From Rhodanobacter sp. (GTDB taxonomy: Bacteria > Pseudomonadota > Gammaproteobacteria > Xanthomonadales > Rhodanobacteraceae), in contig DATNBK010000243.1 in assembly GCA_035571995.1 (NCBI GenBank), forward strand, positions 1 through 50,181: a stretch of 50,181 bases of DNA. Direction: 5' to 3'. The translations under genes were made by a program, and so were the position numbers. Shown here in pieces: positions 37,374 through 47,687 of the stretch; the stretch's first letter is position 1, and the number at the start of each line of letters is the position of its first letter. The notes beneath the pieces are model-generated. The model was given only the letters and a program-made list of their open reading frames with translations, did not search any database and was not told where the DNA came from.

Positions 37374-39665
37374 TCAGAACTTCATCGACAGGTCGAGGAA
37401 CACGCCGCGACCGGGCAAGCCAAAGTACATGTCGTCGCCGCTGACTTTCTGCGTGCCGGCGTACTCGGTGAGCTTGTGGACGTTGAACAAGTTGTTGATA
37501 TCCACGCTGACCGTGTAGCCCTTGCCGGTGAAGCCGCCGTCCAGGCTGCGGTAGCCCACGGTGGCATCGACGGCGAGGAAGCCACCCAGTGGTGCACCGT
37601 TGGCAAACATGCTGTTGCCGTCGTCGTCGGTGGTGTTGTCCAGTCCGTATTTGCGGCCGGTGAACTTGCTCATGATGGAGCCATAGAAACCATGGTCGCG
37701 GCCGTAGATCACGCCGAGCGCGCCTGTGATCTTCGGTGTCTGCGCGATCTGTACATCCGAATTCTTGTACGTCGCCTTGTTGTAGCTGGCGTTGGCGTAC
37801 AGGCTCACGGTGTCGGTGAGCGCCACGGTGGTCTCCAGCTCCAGGCCCTTGTAGATCGCTCCGGAGCCGTTGATGTAGGTGTTCTCGTTGCCGAGGTCGG
37901 TATGCACTTCGGTTTCCGCGAGCATGTTGGAGAAGTCGATGTAATAGACGGCGGCACCGAGGGTGAAGGCCGATGACGCATACGACGTGCCGATCTGGTA
38001 GTTGGTGGTGGTTTCCGGGCTCAGGTTCTTGGAGGATGCGACCTCGATGACGTCCACCGGTGGTGCCAGGAAGCCCTTGGCCGCCTGGATGTAGGCCGTC
38101 CAGTTGTCGGTGATCCACTCGTGCAGGGTCAGCGACGGCAGGGTGGCTGAATAAGTTGCCTCGGTGTACAGGGCGCTGCCATCTGCCTTGTTGATGGGCG
38201 CGTTCAGGTGGCGCGCCACCTGCGAATAACGCAGGCCCGGGCTCAACGTGAACTTGTCGTTGAGTACCCAATCGTATTGTGCGTACGGTTGCACCGTGTC
38301 GTCCGTGGTGCGGAAGTTGTACGAATACGGCGAGCCTTGCTTCGTGCCGGTGTTTTCGCCGGTGGTCAGGTCCTTGGCAAAAGCGTATTGATGGAAGATG
38401 TCGCGCTCGACCCAGAAACCGGCCTTGAGCGTGCCCGGACCAAGCTCGCGCTGCACGCGGAACACGTCGCCAAAGGCGTGATAGCCCGAGTCGGCCTGTT
38501 TGCCGCCGACATCCTCGGCGACCTTGCGGATCTTCTTGCCGTTGGCGTCGTAGAAGGTCACGCCGTTGTGGCTCGGATCGGTGTCGCTGGCGTCGGTGGC
38601 CTTGTTCGACCAGTGGTCGAAGCTGACGTAGTACACCTTGTTGTCGAGGTCCCACGCACCCACGCTGGTGCTGTAGCCGACATAGTTGAAGCTGGAATAG
38701 TAGGCCGCGTTGTTGTAGCCCTTGTAGTTCTGCGTGCGCGGATCGTTGCCGAGGCCGAAGCGCGGACCGAACTCGAGCACCTGGGCCTTGGTCTGGCCCT
38801 GCACCGTGTTCTGGTGCTGCTGGTTGTAGCTGACGACAAAGGTCAGCTTGCCGGTGGCGCCAATGTTGCTGATGGTTTTCAGGAACGCGTGCTCGCGCCG
38901 GTCATCCGTGCCCTTCAGGAAAGTCTCGCTCGATTGGCGTGACAGGTCGGCAAACGCGCTGGTGTTGGCGCCGAGCTTGCCGTCGCCGGCAACACCCACG
39001 GCGTGGTAATCCCAACTGCCGAGCGTCGCATACGGCGTGATGCCAGGCGTCGCATCCGGATCGCGCGAACGCAGCGCGATGGTGCCGCCAAACGTGGCGT
39101 TGCCGATGGTGTCGCCACCGCCCGGGCCGCGGTCGATCTGCGCCTGGCCGAGCACGTGGTTGCTGAAGTACGCCGAGGTGGTGTGGTGCAAGTCGGCGGC
39201 GTTGCCGAACGGAATGCCGTCGAACGTGATGTTGAACTGGCCGTCCTGGAACCCGCGGATGCTGATGCCTTCGTTCTTGCCCAGGCCCGGCCCCTCTGGC
39301 GAGGTGACGCTGACGCTGGGTGAATATTTGACGATGTCGTCGTAGCTGGAATCGATGCGCAGCGCGTCGCGGATGAAACGCGTGTCGATCACCGAGGACG
39401 GCTGGATCGCCTCCAGCGGCGGCGCGCTGGGCGCCAACTGGTTGACCGTGTTGCCGGTGACGAGGACGGCGTTGAGTTGCTTGACGCCCTTGGCTTTTTG
39501 CGTGGTGCTGTCCTGGGAGGACTGGGTGCCGCTGCTGGATTGTGCATCGGTGCTCGCAGGTGTTGGCGTGTCTCCAACTGCAGCCAATGCCAGGTCAGGT
39601 GCAACCAACAGGCAGCCACTCAGCAGCAGTGCCGTGTGCAACGCATTTCGACGAAAAGTGTGCAT
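37374..39665 (-). CDS. TonB-dependent receptor, candidate phytate/inositol-phosphate transporter (763 aa)
   Basis: Signal peptide, AVLVTG box, SIRGF..DGIP plug, NLFN and C-terminal LSMKF. GGGAG RBS. Directly upstream of the phytase gene. Confidence 0.9.
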   Translation of the reverse strand: MHTFRRNALHTALLLSGCLLVAPDLALAAVGDTPTPASTDAQSSSGTQSSQDSTTQKAKGVKQLNAVLVTGNTVNQLAPSAPPLEAIQPSSVIDTRFIRDALRIDSSYDDIVKYSPSVSVTSPEGPGLGKNEGISIRGFQDGQFNITFDGIPFGNAADLHHTTSAYFSNHVLGQAQIDRGPGGGDTIGNATFGGTIALRSRDPDATPGITPYATLGSWDYHAVGVAGDGKLGANTSAFADLSRQSSETFLKGTDDRREHAFLKTISNIGATGKLTFVVSYNQQHQNTVQGQTKAQVLEFGPRFGLGNDPRTQNYKGYNNAAYYSSFNYVGYSTSVGAWDLDNKVYYVSFDHWSNKATDASDTDPSHNGVTFYDANGKKIRKVAEDVGGKQADSGYHAFGDVFRVQRELGPGTLKAGFWVERDIFHQYAFAKDLTTGENTGTKQGSPYSYNFRTTDDTVQPYAQYDWVLNDKFTLSPGLRYSQVARHLNAPINKADGSALYTEATYSATLPSLTLHEWITDNWTAYIQAAKGFLAPPVDVIEVASSKNLSPETTTNYQIGTSYASSAFTLGAAVYYIDFSNMLAETEVHTDLGNENTYINGSGAIYKGLELETTVALTDTVSLYANASYNKATYKNSDVQIAQTPKITGALGVIYGRDHGFYGSIMSKFTGRKYGLDNTTDDDGNSMFANGAPLGGFLAVDATVGYRSLDGGFTGKGYTVSVDINNLFNVHKLTEYAGTQKVSGDDMYFGLPGRGVFLDLSMKF

Positions 39666-39740
39666 CGTTGATCTACTCCCCCAGGTCGTGCGCCACGGCT
39701 GACTACGCCCCAACGGCGAAGCGTCGGCCACCCAAGAATA

Positions 39741-39754
39741 CGAACAAAGATTCC
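39741..39754. promoter_or_regulatory. Putative IolR operator upstream of TonB receptor-phytase
   Basis: CGAA-CAAAGA-TTCC (one mismatch). A weaker GGAA-CGTTTG-GTGC lies at 39771-39784. Confidence 0.6.
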
Positions 39755-40033
39755 ATATTGCAATCGATTTGGAACGTTTGGTGCAAACATGGATTTTGGC
39801 ATGGCAGCGCGGTTTGCAGCGGCACTCGCTGCATTCCGCCTGTTGCTGTGCTGCAGCAATGGCGTGCAGCACTGCCGGATCCGATTGGATGAGCCATATC
39901 TCCGCAATGGGAATGGCGAGCTGGCATGAAGATTCCCGCATGGGCGGCGCAATGCCTCCCGCTCATGCCTTGCTCACGGAACTTGGCGCATCCTGCGAGG
40001 CGTGGATTGCTGCGGCCACGGGGAGGAAGTGTC

Positions 40034-41611
40034 GTGCCAAAGAGCTCATCATCAGCCCCGGTGGTGCGCCGGGTGCTTCCCGCCACGGCGCGTTGCCTTG
40101 GCGCGGCGCCGCCTGATTCAATGCTCGACGTGACCTTGGTCCTGCGCCGCCGGACCCCGCTGGTATGGCCGTTTTTGCTGCCGCCACGCACTTCGTTCGC
40201 CGCGCGCTATGGGGCCGATCCGGCCGATGTGGCGCGTTTGCGCGACTTGGGCTTGCGCTACGGCATGCAGGAGCGCGCCTGCGACGTAGCCTGTCGCAGC
40301 TTGCACTGGCGCGGCAAGGTCACGGCGCTGCAGCAGGCATTTGGCGTGCAGCTTGGTCGCTACCAGTTGACGCCGGGAGGTACACCGTTCATCGGCTGCA
40401 TGACTGCGCCCACCTTGCCGGACCCGGCCTTGCTTGCGGTGCTGGGCCTTGACCAGCGGCCGGTGGCGCATCCTCATTTTCGCGTGGCACTGGCCTCGCC
40501 TACGGTGTCGTATACGCCGCTGCAGGTCGGCGCGCTCTACGCGTTCCCCGAAGGTGACGGCAGCGGCCAGGCCGTGGCGATCATCGAGCTCGGGGGTGGG
40601 TATCGCCAGGCCGACCTGGATGCCTATTTCAAGGGCCTGGGACTTCCCACGCCGGCGATCAGCGCCGTGGGCGTCAATGGCGGCAGCAACCAGCCAGGTT
40701 CGGATGCGGACGCCGAGGTGTTGCTGGACCTCGAGGTGGCCGGTGCACTGGCGCCCGCGGCCACGTTTGCCGCGTACTTTGCGCCCAATACCGACCAGGG
40801 CTTTTACAACGCGATCGCCCAGGCCGCGCACAACGCCTCGCCGCGCACCACGGTCATGTCGATCAGCTGGGGTGGCCCGGAGGACAGTTGGAGCGCGGAC
40901 GCGCGCGCGGCGATGGAGTCCGCCCTGGAGGATGCCGCCGCGCTTGGCGTGACGGTGTGCGTGGCCAGTGGCGACAGCGGATCGGGCGATGGCGAAAGCG
41001 GCGGCGCCGCGCATGTGGATTACCCCGCCAGCAGCGTGTCCGTGCTTGCCTGTGGTGGCACCAAGCTGCTGTCCAGCGGCGGCAAGATCAGCAGCGAAGT
41101 GGTGTGGAATGAGACGGCCAGTGGCGAGGGGGCGGGCGGTGGCGGGGTCAGCGCAGCGTTCCCACGGCCAGCGTGGCAGGACGCTTCGGGCATACCCAAT
41201 GCACCGGGCGGCTTTGTCGGGCGCGGGGTGCCGGATGTGGCCGGTAATGCCGACCCGCTGACCGGTTACCAGGTGCGGGTGGACGGCAAGGCCGAGGTGG
41301 TCGGCGGCACCAGCGCGGTGGCGCCCTTGTGGGCGGCGCTGGTGGCGCGCCTGAACCAGCAGCTTGCGACGCCGCTGGGTCTTGCCAATCCCGTCTTGTA
41401 CGGCACGGGTGTCGCCGCGTGGCGCGACATCATCAAGGGCGACAATGGTGCCTACCGGGCCGGCCCCGGCTGGGATGCCTGCACCGGCCTGGGCAGCCCG
41501 GATGGACAGGCCTTGTTGACCGCGCTCCAGTCCGATCCCGGCAAACCGAAACCCAAGCCCAAACCCAAACCCAAACCCAAACCGTCGCGCACGGGTGGAG
41601 GACGGACATGA
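40034..41611 (+). CDS. S53 family (kumamolisin/sedolisin) serine peptidase with pro-domain, ~525 aa
   Basis: EVLLDLE (catalytic Glu/Asp), SISWG, ASGDSG, GRGVPDVA, GGTSAVAP (catalytic Ser) and GWDACTGLGSP. GTG at 40034 follows GGAGG. Confidence 0.9.
   Translation: MPKSSSSAPVVRRVLPATARCLGAAPPDSMLDVTLVLRRRTPLVWPFLLPPRTSFAARYGADPADVARLRDLGLRYGMQERACDVACRSLHWRGKVTALQQAFGVQLGRYQLTPGGTPFIGCMTAPTLPDPALLAVLGLDQRPVAHPHFRVALASPTVSYTPLQVGALYAFPEGDGSGQAVAIIELGGGYRQADLDAYFKGLGLPTPAISAVGVNGGSNQPGSDADAEVLLDLEVAGALAPAATFAAYFAPNTDQGFYNAIAQAAHNASPRTTVMSISWGGPEDSWSADARAAMESALEDAAALGVTVCVASGDSGSGDGESGGAAHVDYPASSVSVLACGGTKLLSSGGKISSEVVWNETASGEGAGGGGVSAAFPRPAWQDASGIPNAPGGFVGRGVPDVAGNADPLTGYQVRVDGKAEVVGGTSAVAPLWAALVARLNQQLATPLGLANPVLYGTGVAAWRDIIKGDNGAYRAGPGWDACTGLGSPDGQALLTALQSDPGKPKPKPKPKPKPKPSRTGGGRT
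41543..41584 (+). repeat. Hexanucleotide tandem repeat AARCCS x7 encoding (KP)7
   Basis: aaaccg aaaccc aagccc aaaccc aaaccc aaaccc aaaccg. Confidence 0.9.
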
Positions 41612-41814
41612 ATGATGTCGACATCATCCAGGCGGCCTATGGTGACGTCCTGACCCGACTGTTCTCCGTCTACTTCGGTGCACTGGTGACGGCGGGGGGC
41701 GATCCTGAGATGCAGGCGAAGGCAGCGAGCGCGTTTCAATCCGGCCTGGTACTCGCGCGCAAGGCACGCGATGCCGCCGCTGCCGCGGTCACCCGTCCAG
41801 CCGCATCCGGCTGA
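41608..41814 (+). CDS. Small hypothetical helical protein (68 aa)
   Basis: GGAGG RBS and ATGA overlap with the S53 stop. Sequence MNDVDIIQAAYGDVLTRLFSVYFGALV... has normal composition. Confidence 0.7.
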   Translation: MNDVDIIQAAYGDVLTRLFSVYFGALVTAGGDPEMQAKAASAFQSGLVLARKARDAAAAAVTRPAASG

Positions 41815-41880
41815 GCCGGACGCCCATGGCGACCTCGCATGCGCAATCGTTGCCAGCGCGCTGTGGTCGGCGGGGTGGGG

Positions 41881-44800
41881 TCAGTGGAAATCCCGTGAGC
41901 GCGTATCCAGCGTGCCGAGCAGCGGGCTGAGGTCCTGCAGCCGGCGCGCAATCAGGTGGCTGACACCATCCACGCTTTCCCATTGCCCTTCCACCACAAG
42001 CAGGCGCGCCTGGAGCAAGGCGCGGCGCTGGGCCTGGGCTACGTGCCGCCAGACGATGACGTTGATCGGGCCATGCTCGTCTTCCAGGGTCACGAAGATG
42101 GTGCCGCTGGCCGTCTGCGGTTGCTGCCGCGAGGTCACCAGGCCGGCCGCCCGCACCCGGCTGTTGGGCGGCTGCCTGCGCAGCACCTGGCCATCGAGGC
42201 AATGCGCCGCGCGCAGGCGCGCACGCAGTTGCCGCAGCGGGTGCGGGCCGAGGCTCAGGCCAAGGTGCGCATAGTCGGCCCGGGTGTCTTCGGCCCGTGT
42301 GGGCAGCGGCAGGTTCACCGCTGCTTCGGTCGGGCTGGCCAGGCCGGCCAGCGGCAGTTGCACCTCGACGCCAGCCACCGCCCAGCGGGCGCGGTGGCGA
42401 TGGCCACCCAGACCGCGCAGCGTCCCCGCGTCCGCCAGGATTTCCTGCTGCCGGCGATCAAGGCTGGCGCGTGCGCACAGGTCGGCCACGTCGCTGAAGG
42501 GGCGCTGCCTGCGTGCTGCGACCAGGTGCTGTGCCGCCGCCTGGGAACAGCCTGACACCATGCGCAGCCCCAGCCGGAGCGCGCGTGATCCGGCACCCCG
42601 CGGGCCGGGCTCCAGCGTGCAGTCCCAGTTGCTGTAACGCACATCCACCGGACGCACGGCGACGCGATGGCGCCGCACGTCCTGCACGATCTGGCTCGGC
42701 GCGTAGAAACCCATGGGCTGGGCATTGAGCAGGGCGCAGGCGAACGCGGCGGGATAGTGGCACTTCAGCCAGGACGAGGCATACACCAGGTTGGCAAAAC
42801 TGGCCGCGTGTGACTCGGGGAAGCCGTAGGAGCCGAAACCCTTGATCTGCTCGAAGATGCGCGTGGCGAATTCCGTGGTGTAGCCGTTCTTCAGCATGCC
42901 TTGCACCAGCCGGTCGCGATGCACCTCCAGGCCGCCGTGGCGCTTCCACGCCGCCATCGAGCGGCGCAACTTGTCGGCCTCGGCCGCGGTGAAGCCGGCC
43001 GCATCCATGGCCAGCTGCATCACCTGTTCCTGGAACAGCGGCACGCCCAGCGTGCGACCCAGTACGGCCTCGAATGCCGGCGACGGATACTCGATCGCCT
43101 CCTCGCCGTTCCGTCGCCGCAGGTAGGGATGGACCATGTCGCCCTGGATCGGCCCGGGCCGCACGATCGCCACCTGGATCACCAGGTCGTAGAAATTCTC
43201 CGGCCGGTGCCGCGGCAGCATGGCCATCTGCGCGCGGCTCTCGATCTGGAACACGCCGACGGTGTCGGCGCGCTGGATCATGCGGTAGGTGTCATCGTCG
43301 TCCTTCTCAACCGTCGCGATGCCGGCGATCGTCTTGGCCACGCCGTATCCGCTTTCCAGCAAGCCGAAGCATTTGCGCAGGCAGGTCAGCATGCCCAGCG
43401 CCAGGCAGTCGACCTTGAGCATGCGCATGTAGTCGAGGTCGTCCTTGTCCCATTGGATGACGGTGCGCCCGGGCATCGCCGCGTTCTCCACCGGCACCAT
43501 CACGCTCAACGGGGCGGCGGAGATCACGAAACCGCCGACATGCTGCGACAGGTGACGCGGCATGCCAAGCAGTTCGTAAGTGAGTGCCAGCACGCGGCGG
43601 ATCACCGGGCTGTCCGGATCGAAGCCTTGTTCGCGCAGCCGCTCCGCGCAGCTGCTGTCGCCCCAGCCGCGGGCAAAGACGTCGCTGAGCTGGTCGACCT
43701 GGTCCAGCGGCAGGCCGAGCGCCTTGGCCACGTCGCGGACCGCGCTGCGGCCGCGGTAGCAGATCACCGTGGCGGCCAGCGCCGCGCGCTCGCGCCCGTA
43801 TTTGCTGTAGATGTACTGGATGACTTCCTCGCGCCGCTCATGCTCGAAGTCCACGTCGATGTCGGGCGGCTCGTCGCGGTCCTCGCTGATGAAGCGCGCC
43901 ACCAGCAGATGGTTGACCTCCGGATCCACCTCGGTCACGCCCAGCGCGAAGCACACGGCGGAGTTGGCGGCCGAGCCGCGGCCCTGGCAAAGAATGCCGT
44001 TGTCGCGCGCGTAGCGGACGATGTCATGCACGGTGAGGAAGAAAGGCTCGTATTTCTTCGATGCGATCAGCGCCAGCTCATCCTCGACCAGTTGGCGCAC
44101 CTTGGCGCTGGCGCCTTGTGGCCAGCGCCAGCGGATGCCCTCTTCGGCCAGTTGGCGCAGCCAAGTGGTGGGCGTGTGGCCTGGCGGCACCAGTTCGGCC
44201 GGATAGTCGTATTGCAGTTCGCCCATGTTGAACGTGCAGCGTTCGGCGATGCGAACGCTTTCCTGCAGCAAGGCCGTGGGGTAGATCCCGGCCAGGACCT
44301 CGCGCCGGCGCAGGTGGCGCTCGCCGTTGCGGAAGAGCAGGGCGCCGGCCTCGGCAATCGGCAGGCGGTGGCGGATCGCCGTGAGCGTGTGCTGCAAGGC
44401 CAGCCGGCGACGCACGTGCATGTGCACGTCGCCGCTGGCCGCCAACGGCAGGTCCAGGGCATGGCCGAGTGCCTGCAGCTCGCGCAGGCGTCCGGCGTCG
44501 TCGGGTCCGCGATGCAGCTCCACCGCCAGCCAGGCGCGCTCGCCGAAGGTTGCCCGCAACCAGCGGCCGTGCGCGACATCCGCCTGCGCCGGCGGCAGCC
44601 ACAAGGCCAGCGTGCCTGGCATCCCGTCCTGGAGATCCTCGCGGGTGAGTCGGTAGCTGCCTTTTTCCGAGGCCCGGCGCCCGCGCGTGATCAACCGGCA
44701 GAGTGCGGCGTAGCCCTGGCGGTCCTCGCACAGCAGCGCCAGCTTCGGCCCATCCTCGAGCTGGAACTCCGCACCGACGATCAGTTTCAAGCCGGTCTCG

Positions 44801-44997
44801 TTGGAGGCCTGCCAGGCGCGGACGATGCCGGCCAACGAGCATTCGTCGGTGATTGCCAGCGCGCGGTAGCCGCAGGCCTTGGCGCGCTCGAACAATTCCC
44901 TGGCGCTGGAGGCGCCGCGGCCAAAGGAAAAGTCGGACAGGCAATGCAGTTCGGCGTAATCGCCCATGACCAGCCGGCCCATGACCAGCCGGCTCAT
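41881..44997 (-). CDS. dnaE2: Error-prone DNA polymerase DnaE2 (ImuC)
   Basis: [11 protein letters not shown] start, [28 protein letters not shown] and C-terminal SRDFH. Start is 44997 (ATGA coupling), 44982 or 44967. Confidence 0.96.
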   Translation of the reverse strand: MSRLVMGRLVMGDYAELHCLSDFSFGRGASSARELFERAKACGYRALAITDECSLAGIVRAWQASNETGLKLIVGAEFQLEDGPKLALLCEDRQGYAALCRLITRGRRASEKGSYRLTREDLQDGMPGTLALWLPPAQADVAHGRWLRATFGERAWLAVELHRGPDDAGRLRELQALGHALDLPLAASGDVHMHVRRRLALQHTLTAIRHRLPIAEAGALLFRNGERHLRRREVLAGIYPTALLQESVRIAERCTFNMGELQYDYPAELVPPGHTPTTWLRQLAEEGIRWRWPQGASAKVRQLVEDELALIASKKYEPFFLTVHDIVRYARDNGILCQGRGSAANSAVCFALGVTEVDPEVNHLLVARFISEDRDEPPDIDVDFEHERREEVIQYIYSKYGRERAALAATVICYRGRSAVRDVAKALGLPLDQVDQLSDVFARGWGDSSCAERLREQGFDPDSPVIRRVLALTYELLGMPRHLSQHVGGFVISAAPLSVMVPVENAAMPGRTVIQWDKDDLDYMRMLKVDCLALGMLTCLRKCFGLLESGYGVAKTIAGIATVEKDDDDTYRMIQRADTVGVFQIESRAQMAMLPRHRPENFYDLVIQVAIVRPGPIQGDMVHPYLRRRNGEEAIEYPSPAFEAVLGRTLGVPLFQEQVMQLAMDAAGFTAAEADKLRRSMAAWKRHGGLEVHRDRLVQGMLKNGYTTEFATRIFEQIKGFGSYGFPESHAASFANLVYASSWLKCHYPAAFACALLNAQPMGFYAPSQIVQDVRRHRVAVRPVDVRYSNWDCTLEPGPRGAGSRALRLGLRMVSGCSQAAAQHLVAARRQRPFSDVADLCARASLDRRQQEILADAGTLRGLGGHRHRARWAVAGVEVQLPLAGLASPTEAAVNLPLPTRAEDTRADYAHLGLSLGPHPLRQLRARLRAAHCLDGQVLRRQPPNSRVRAAGLVTSRQQPQTASGTIFVTLEDEHGPINVIVWRHVAQAQRRALLQARLLVVEGQWESVDGVSHLIARRLQDLSPLLGTLDTRSRDFH
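44965..44994 (-). repeat. 15-bp tandem duplication at the dnaE2 start
   Basis: CATGACCAGCCGGCC CATGACCAGCCGGCT, giving [14 protein letters not shown]. Confidence 0.85.
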
Positions 44998-46397
44998 GCG
45001 AACCAGCCATGCAGCATCCAGCCGGCTTGTTCGCCGGGCTGGCAGTAGGCCCAGGCCCGCTGACCGAGCGAGGTCTCGACCACGTAGTAGTCGCGTCGCG
45101 CTTCGCCGCCATCCCACCAGCCGGTCTCCAGCCGCTCGGGACCGGCCAGGATGCGCGGCGGCGGCCCACGCAACGGCAGCGGGCGCTGCAGCAGCCAGGT
45201 TGGCCGCGGATGCGGCTCGGTGTGGACGCCGCTGTCTTCGGCAACCACCTGCGCGCGTTCAGGGCGTGGGTCGGTGGTGCTGGCCAGCCGGTACACCGCA
45301 TGGTCGCCGAGCCGCGCGCGCAGGCGTTCACGCAGTTGCCCAAACGGCAGGGCCTGGGCCGGCCGCTCGTCGAACAGGTCGCGGCCGGCAGGCACGAAGG
45401 CCGGCAGGTCGCGGGCGAGCAGTCGCAGGGCAAGCACAGGTGCGGTCAACTGCAACTGCTCCAGTCGCCCGCGTGCTGCCTCAAACAACATGCCGGCATC
45501 GCGCTCGGGTGCCAGCAGGCCGACCGGCACTTCGGTCGGCTTGCTTTCGCGATGCTCCAGGCGCAGGACGAAGCGCTGCACGCCACCGTCCCGGGCGGCG
45601 AGGTAGGCGGCCAGGTCGCCACCCATGCGGCGCAGCGGGAACAGCAGCGCGGCGAGGTCCTCCACCTCATGGCTGAGTTCGATGCGCAGGTCGAACACAT
45701 CCGGTGGACGGTAGGACTCGAGCCCGGCCGGGCTTTCGCCAAGCAGGCGTTCGATCGCCTGCAGCAAGGCATCGCCGAAACGCCGGCGCAGGCCGGCGCG
45801 GGGCAGCGCCAGCAATTGCCCCAGGGTGCGGATGCCCATGGCCGGCAAGGCCTCGCGCGCCGGCGCAGGCAATCGACTCCTGACGATCGGCACGTCGCGC
45901 AAGGCGTGCGGCAACTGCCCGGGTGAGTGCACCGCCAGGCCATCGCCGATGCCGGCAAGCACGTGGGCTGCATGCGGCGTAGGGGCAAGCGCGATGCGAT
46001 GCTGGAACCCCAGCGCGGTGAAATCGGCCCGCAGCATGGCCTCGAAACGCGGCCAGGGACCAAACAGGCGCAGGCTCCGGCTTGCCTCCAGCACGATCGC
46101 GTGCGGCAGCAGGCTGACCTCGGAGCTGTAGCGATAGGCTACCGCCGCCAGGAAGCGCTCCCAGCGGGCGGTCGCGTCGGCGTCATGGGGCAAGGCCTCG
46201 AATTGCGCCAGCAGAGCATGGGCTGCCGACAGGCGCTGACCGACGCGCAAGCCAGCGGCGCGTGCCGCGGCGTTGACCGCCACGATGCTGCGCGCATTGA
46301 CGGCACCATCCACCAGCACCAGGGGCCCAGCCTCGGTGCGGCGGCGAAGGATGCTGTCCAGCGCGACATGCGGCAGCAGGATGCAGGCCCACGACAT
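44994..46397 (-). CDS. imuB: Y-family polymerase-like ImuB
   Basis: WACILLP start, [22 protein letters not shown] and WMLHGWFA motifs. Confidence 0.94.
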   Translation of the reverse strand: MSWACILLPHVALDSILRRRTEAGPLVLVDGAVNARSIVAVNAAARAAGLRVGQRLSAAHALLAQFEALPHDADATARWERFLAAVAYRYSSEVSLLPHAIVLEASRSLRLFGPWPRFEAMLRADFTALGFQHRIALAPTPHAAHVLAGIGDGLAVHSPGQLPHALRDVPIVRSRLPAPAREALPAMGIRTLGQLLALPRAGLRRRFGDALLQAIERLLGESPAGLESYRPPDVFDLRIELSHEVEDLAALLFPLRRMGGDLAAYLAARDGGVQRFVLRLEHRESKPTEVPVGLLAPERDAGMLFEAARGRLEQLQLTAPVLALRLLARDLPAFVPAGRDLFDERPAQALPFGQLRERLRARLGDHAVYRLASTTDPRPERAQVVAEDSGVHTEPHPRPTWLLQRPLPLRGPPPRILAGPERLETGWWDGGEARRDYYVVETSLGQRAWAYCQPGEQAGWMLHGWFA

Positions 46398-46409
46398 CGT
46401 CGGCCGCCA

Positions 46410-47033
46410 TCAATGCAGCGAATGCCACAGTGGAAGCGGCTGCTCCGGCACGGTGCCGCCACGGCACTTGCGCACCCACGCGCGCGCTTGCGGCAAGGCC
46501 TGCAGTTCCAGCCGCAAGGCGGCCGGCGAGGGATTGCCCAGGTGCCGCCGGTCGCGGAAGACAAAGGCCAGGGCCCGGCCACCATCCGCCGCGACCTGCA
46601 GCCGGCGCAATGCGCGGTCATCGGCCTGCCGCGGCCAGGCCAGGACCGCCGCGCAACTGCCGGAGCGCAGGCATTGCTCCGTGGCCCACAACACGTCGGC
46701 CTCGCCGGCGGCGACGATCTCGACCTGGCGCATGTCGACGCCGTGCTGTTGCCAGCCGGCCACGCAGGGCGCATAGGGAGGTGCCACCAGGACGATCGGC
46801 CGCGATCCGCGGCTCAGGCGAGCCAGGGTCGGCAACAGCAGGCGCAATTCGCCGACGCCGTCGGCCGGCAGCAGGATTTCCGACAAGGCGGCCTCCGGCC
46901 AGCCGCCGGCCGGCAGGGCGGCGTCGAGCTCGGCCCAGCCAGTCGGTTGTTCACCGGCTGGTGGCGGCGCCGCCCGGCCACGCCAGACCTGGCGCGTCTG
47001 CAACAGCGGCGACAAGGCGCCCACGGCAGCCAT
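46410..47033 (-). CDS. imuA: Translesion synthesis-associated ImuA (RecA/SulA-like), 207 aa
   Basis: TGWAELDAALPAGGWP, GVGELRLL, LRRLQVAA and SPAALRL motifs. TGATG coupling with lexA. Confidence 0.92.
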   Translation of the reverse strand: MAAVGALSPLLQTRQVWRGRAAPPPAGEQPTGWAELDAALPAGGWPEAALSEILLPADGVGELRLLLPTLARLSRGSRPIVLVAPPYAPCVAGWQQHGVDMRQVEIVAAGEADVLWATEQCLRSGSCAAVLAWPRQADDRALRRLQVAADGGRALAFVFRDRRHLGNPSPAALRLELQALPQARAWVRKCRGGTVPEQPLPLWHSLH

Positions 47034-47653
47034 CACCCACCCCGCAGCAGGCCTGCAAACAGGCCTTCGATGGCGAAGTCTTCGGTCGGGTCCACGTCGA
47101 TGGGCTTGAAGCCGGGGCTGTTCGGCAGCAGGCGGACCACCCCGCCTTTCCAGTACAGCCGCTTGATGGTGAAGCGGTCGCCCTCCACGCGCGCGGCCAC
47201 CACCTGGCCGTGGCGGGCCACGGGCGTGGCGTGCACCGCCACCAGGTCGCCATCGAGGATGCCTTCCCCGCGCATCGAATCGCCGACCACCTTGACCAGG
47301 TAATCCGGGCGCAGCCGGAACAGCGCACGCGACACGCGCAGGCTGCGCTCGACCCGCGACTCCGAGTACAAGGGTTCGCCGGCGGCGATACGGCCGATCA
47401 GCGGCAGTTCCATCGTCTCCATGTCCGCGGGTTCGGACTCGCGCACCAGGCGGATGCTGCGGGCCTGGTTGGGAGCCATGCTCAGCCGGCCCTTTGCTTC
47501 CAGCGCGCGGACGTGCTTGAGCACCGCGCTGACGCTGTCGATCTGCAGTGCCTTGCCGATTTCCTCGAGCGTGGGCGCTTGCCCGTGGCGCTCGATGTGG
47601 CCGCGGATGCAGGCCAGGACGTCTGTCTGGCGCTGGGTGGGCTGGATGGTCAT
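47033..47653 (-). CDS. lexA: LexA repressor (LexA2-type, heads the imu cassette), 206 aa
   Basis: Winged HTH (APTLEEI...KHVRALEAKG), cleavage site IAAGEP, catalytic GDSM and TIKR. Confidence 0.93.
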   Translation of the reverse strand: MTIQPTQRQTDVLACIRGHIERHGQAPTLEEIGKALQIDSVSAVLKHVRALEAKGRLSMAPNQARSIRLVRESEPADMETMELPLIGRIAAGEPLYSESRVERSLRVSRALFRLRPDYLVKVVGDSMRGEGILDGDLVAVHATPVARHGQVVAARVEGDRFTIKRLYWKGGVVRLLPNSPGFKPIDVDPTEDFAIEGLFAGLLRGG

Positions 47654-47660
47654 GCCTTCT

Positions 47661-47687
47661 ATTTTCACCTGAAATGGTGAAAATGCA
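47661..47687 (-). promoter_or_regulatory. Candidate lexA promoter with palindromic operator
   Basis: Perfect ATTTTCACC-N6-GGTGAAAAT at 47661-47684. Minus strand reads TTGCAT-N16-GAAAAT-N7-ATG. Confidence 0.7.

Noticed and set aside
39979-40007. GGAACTT ECF-sigma-like -35 upstream of the S53 gene
   Set aside because: No convincing -10 element at the proper spacing.
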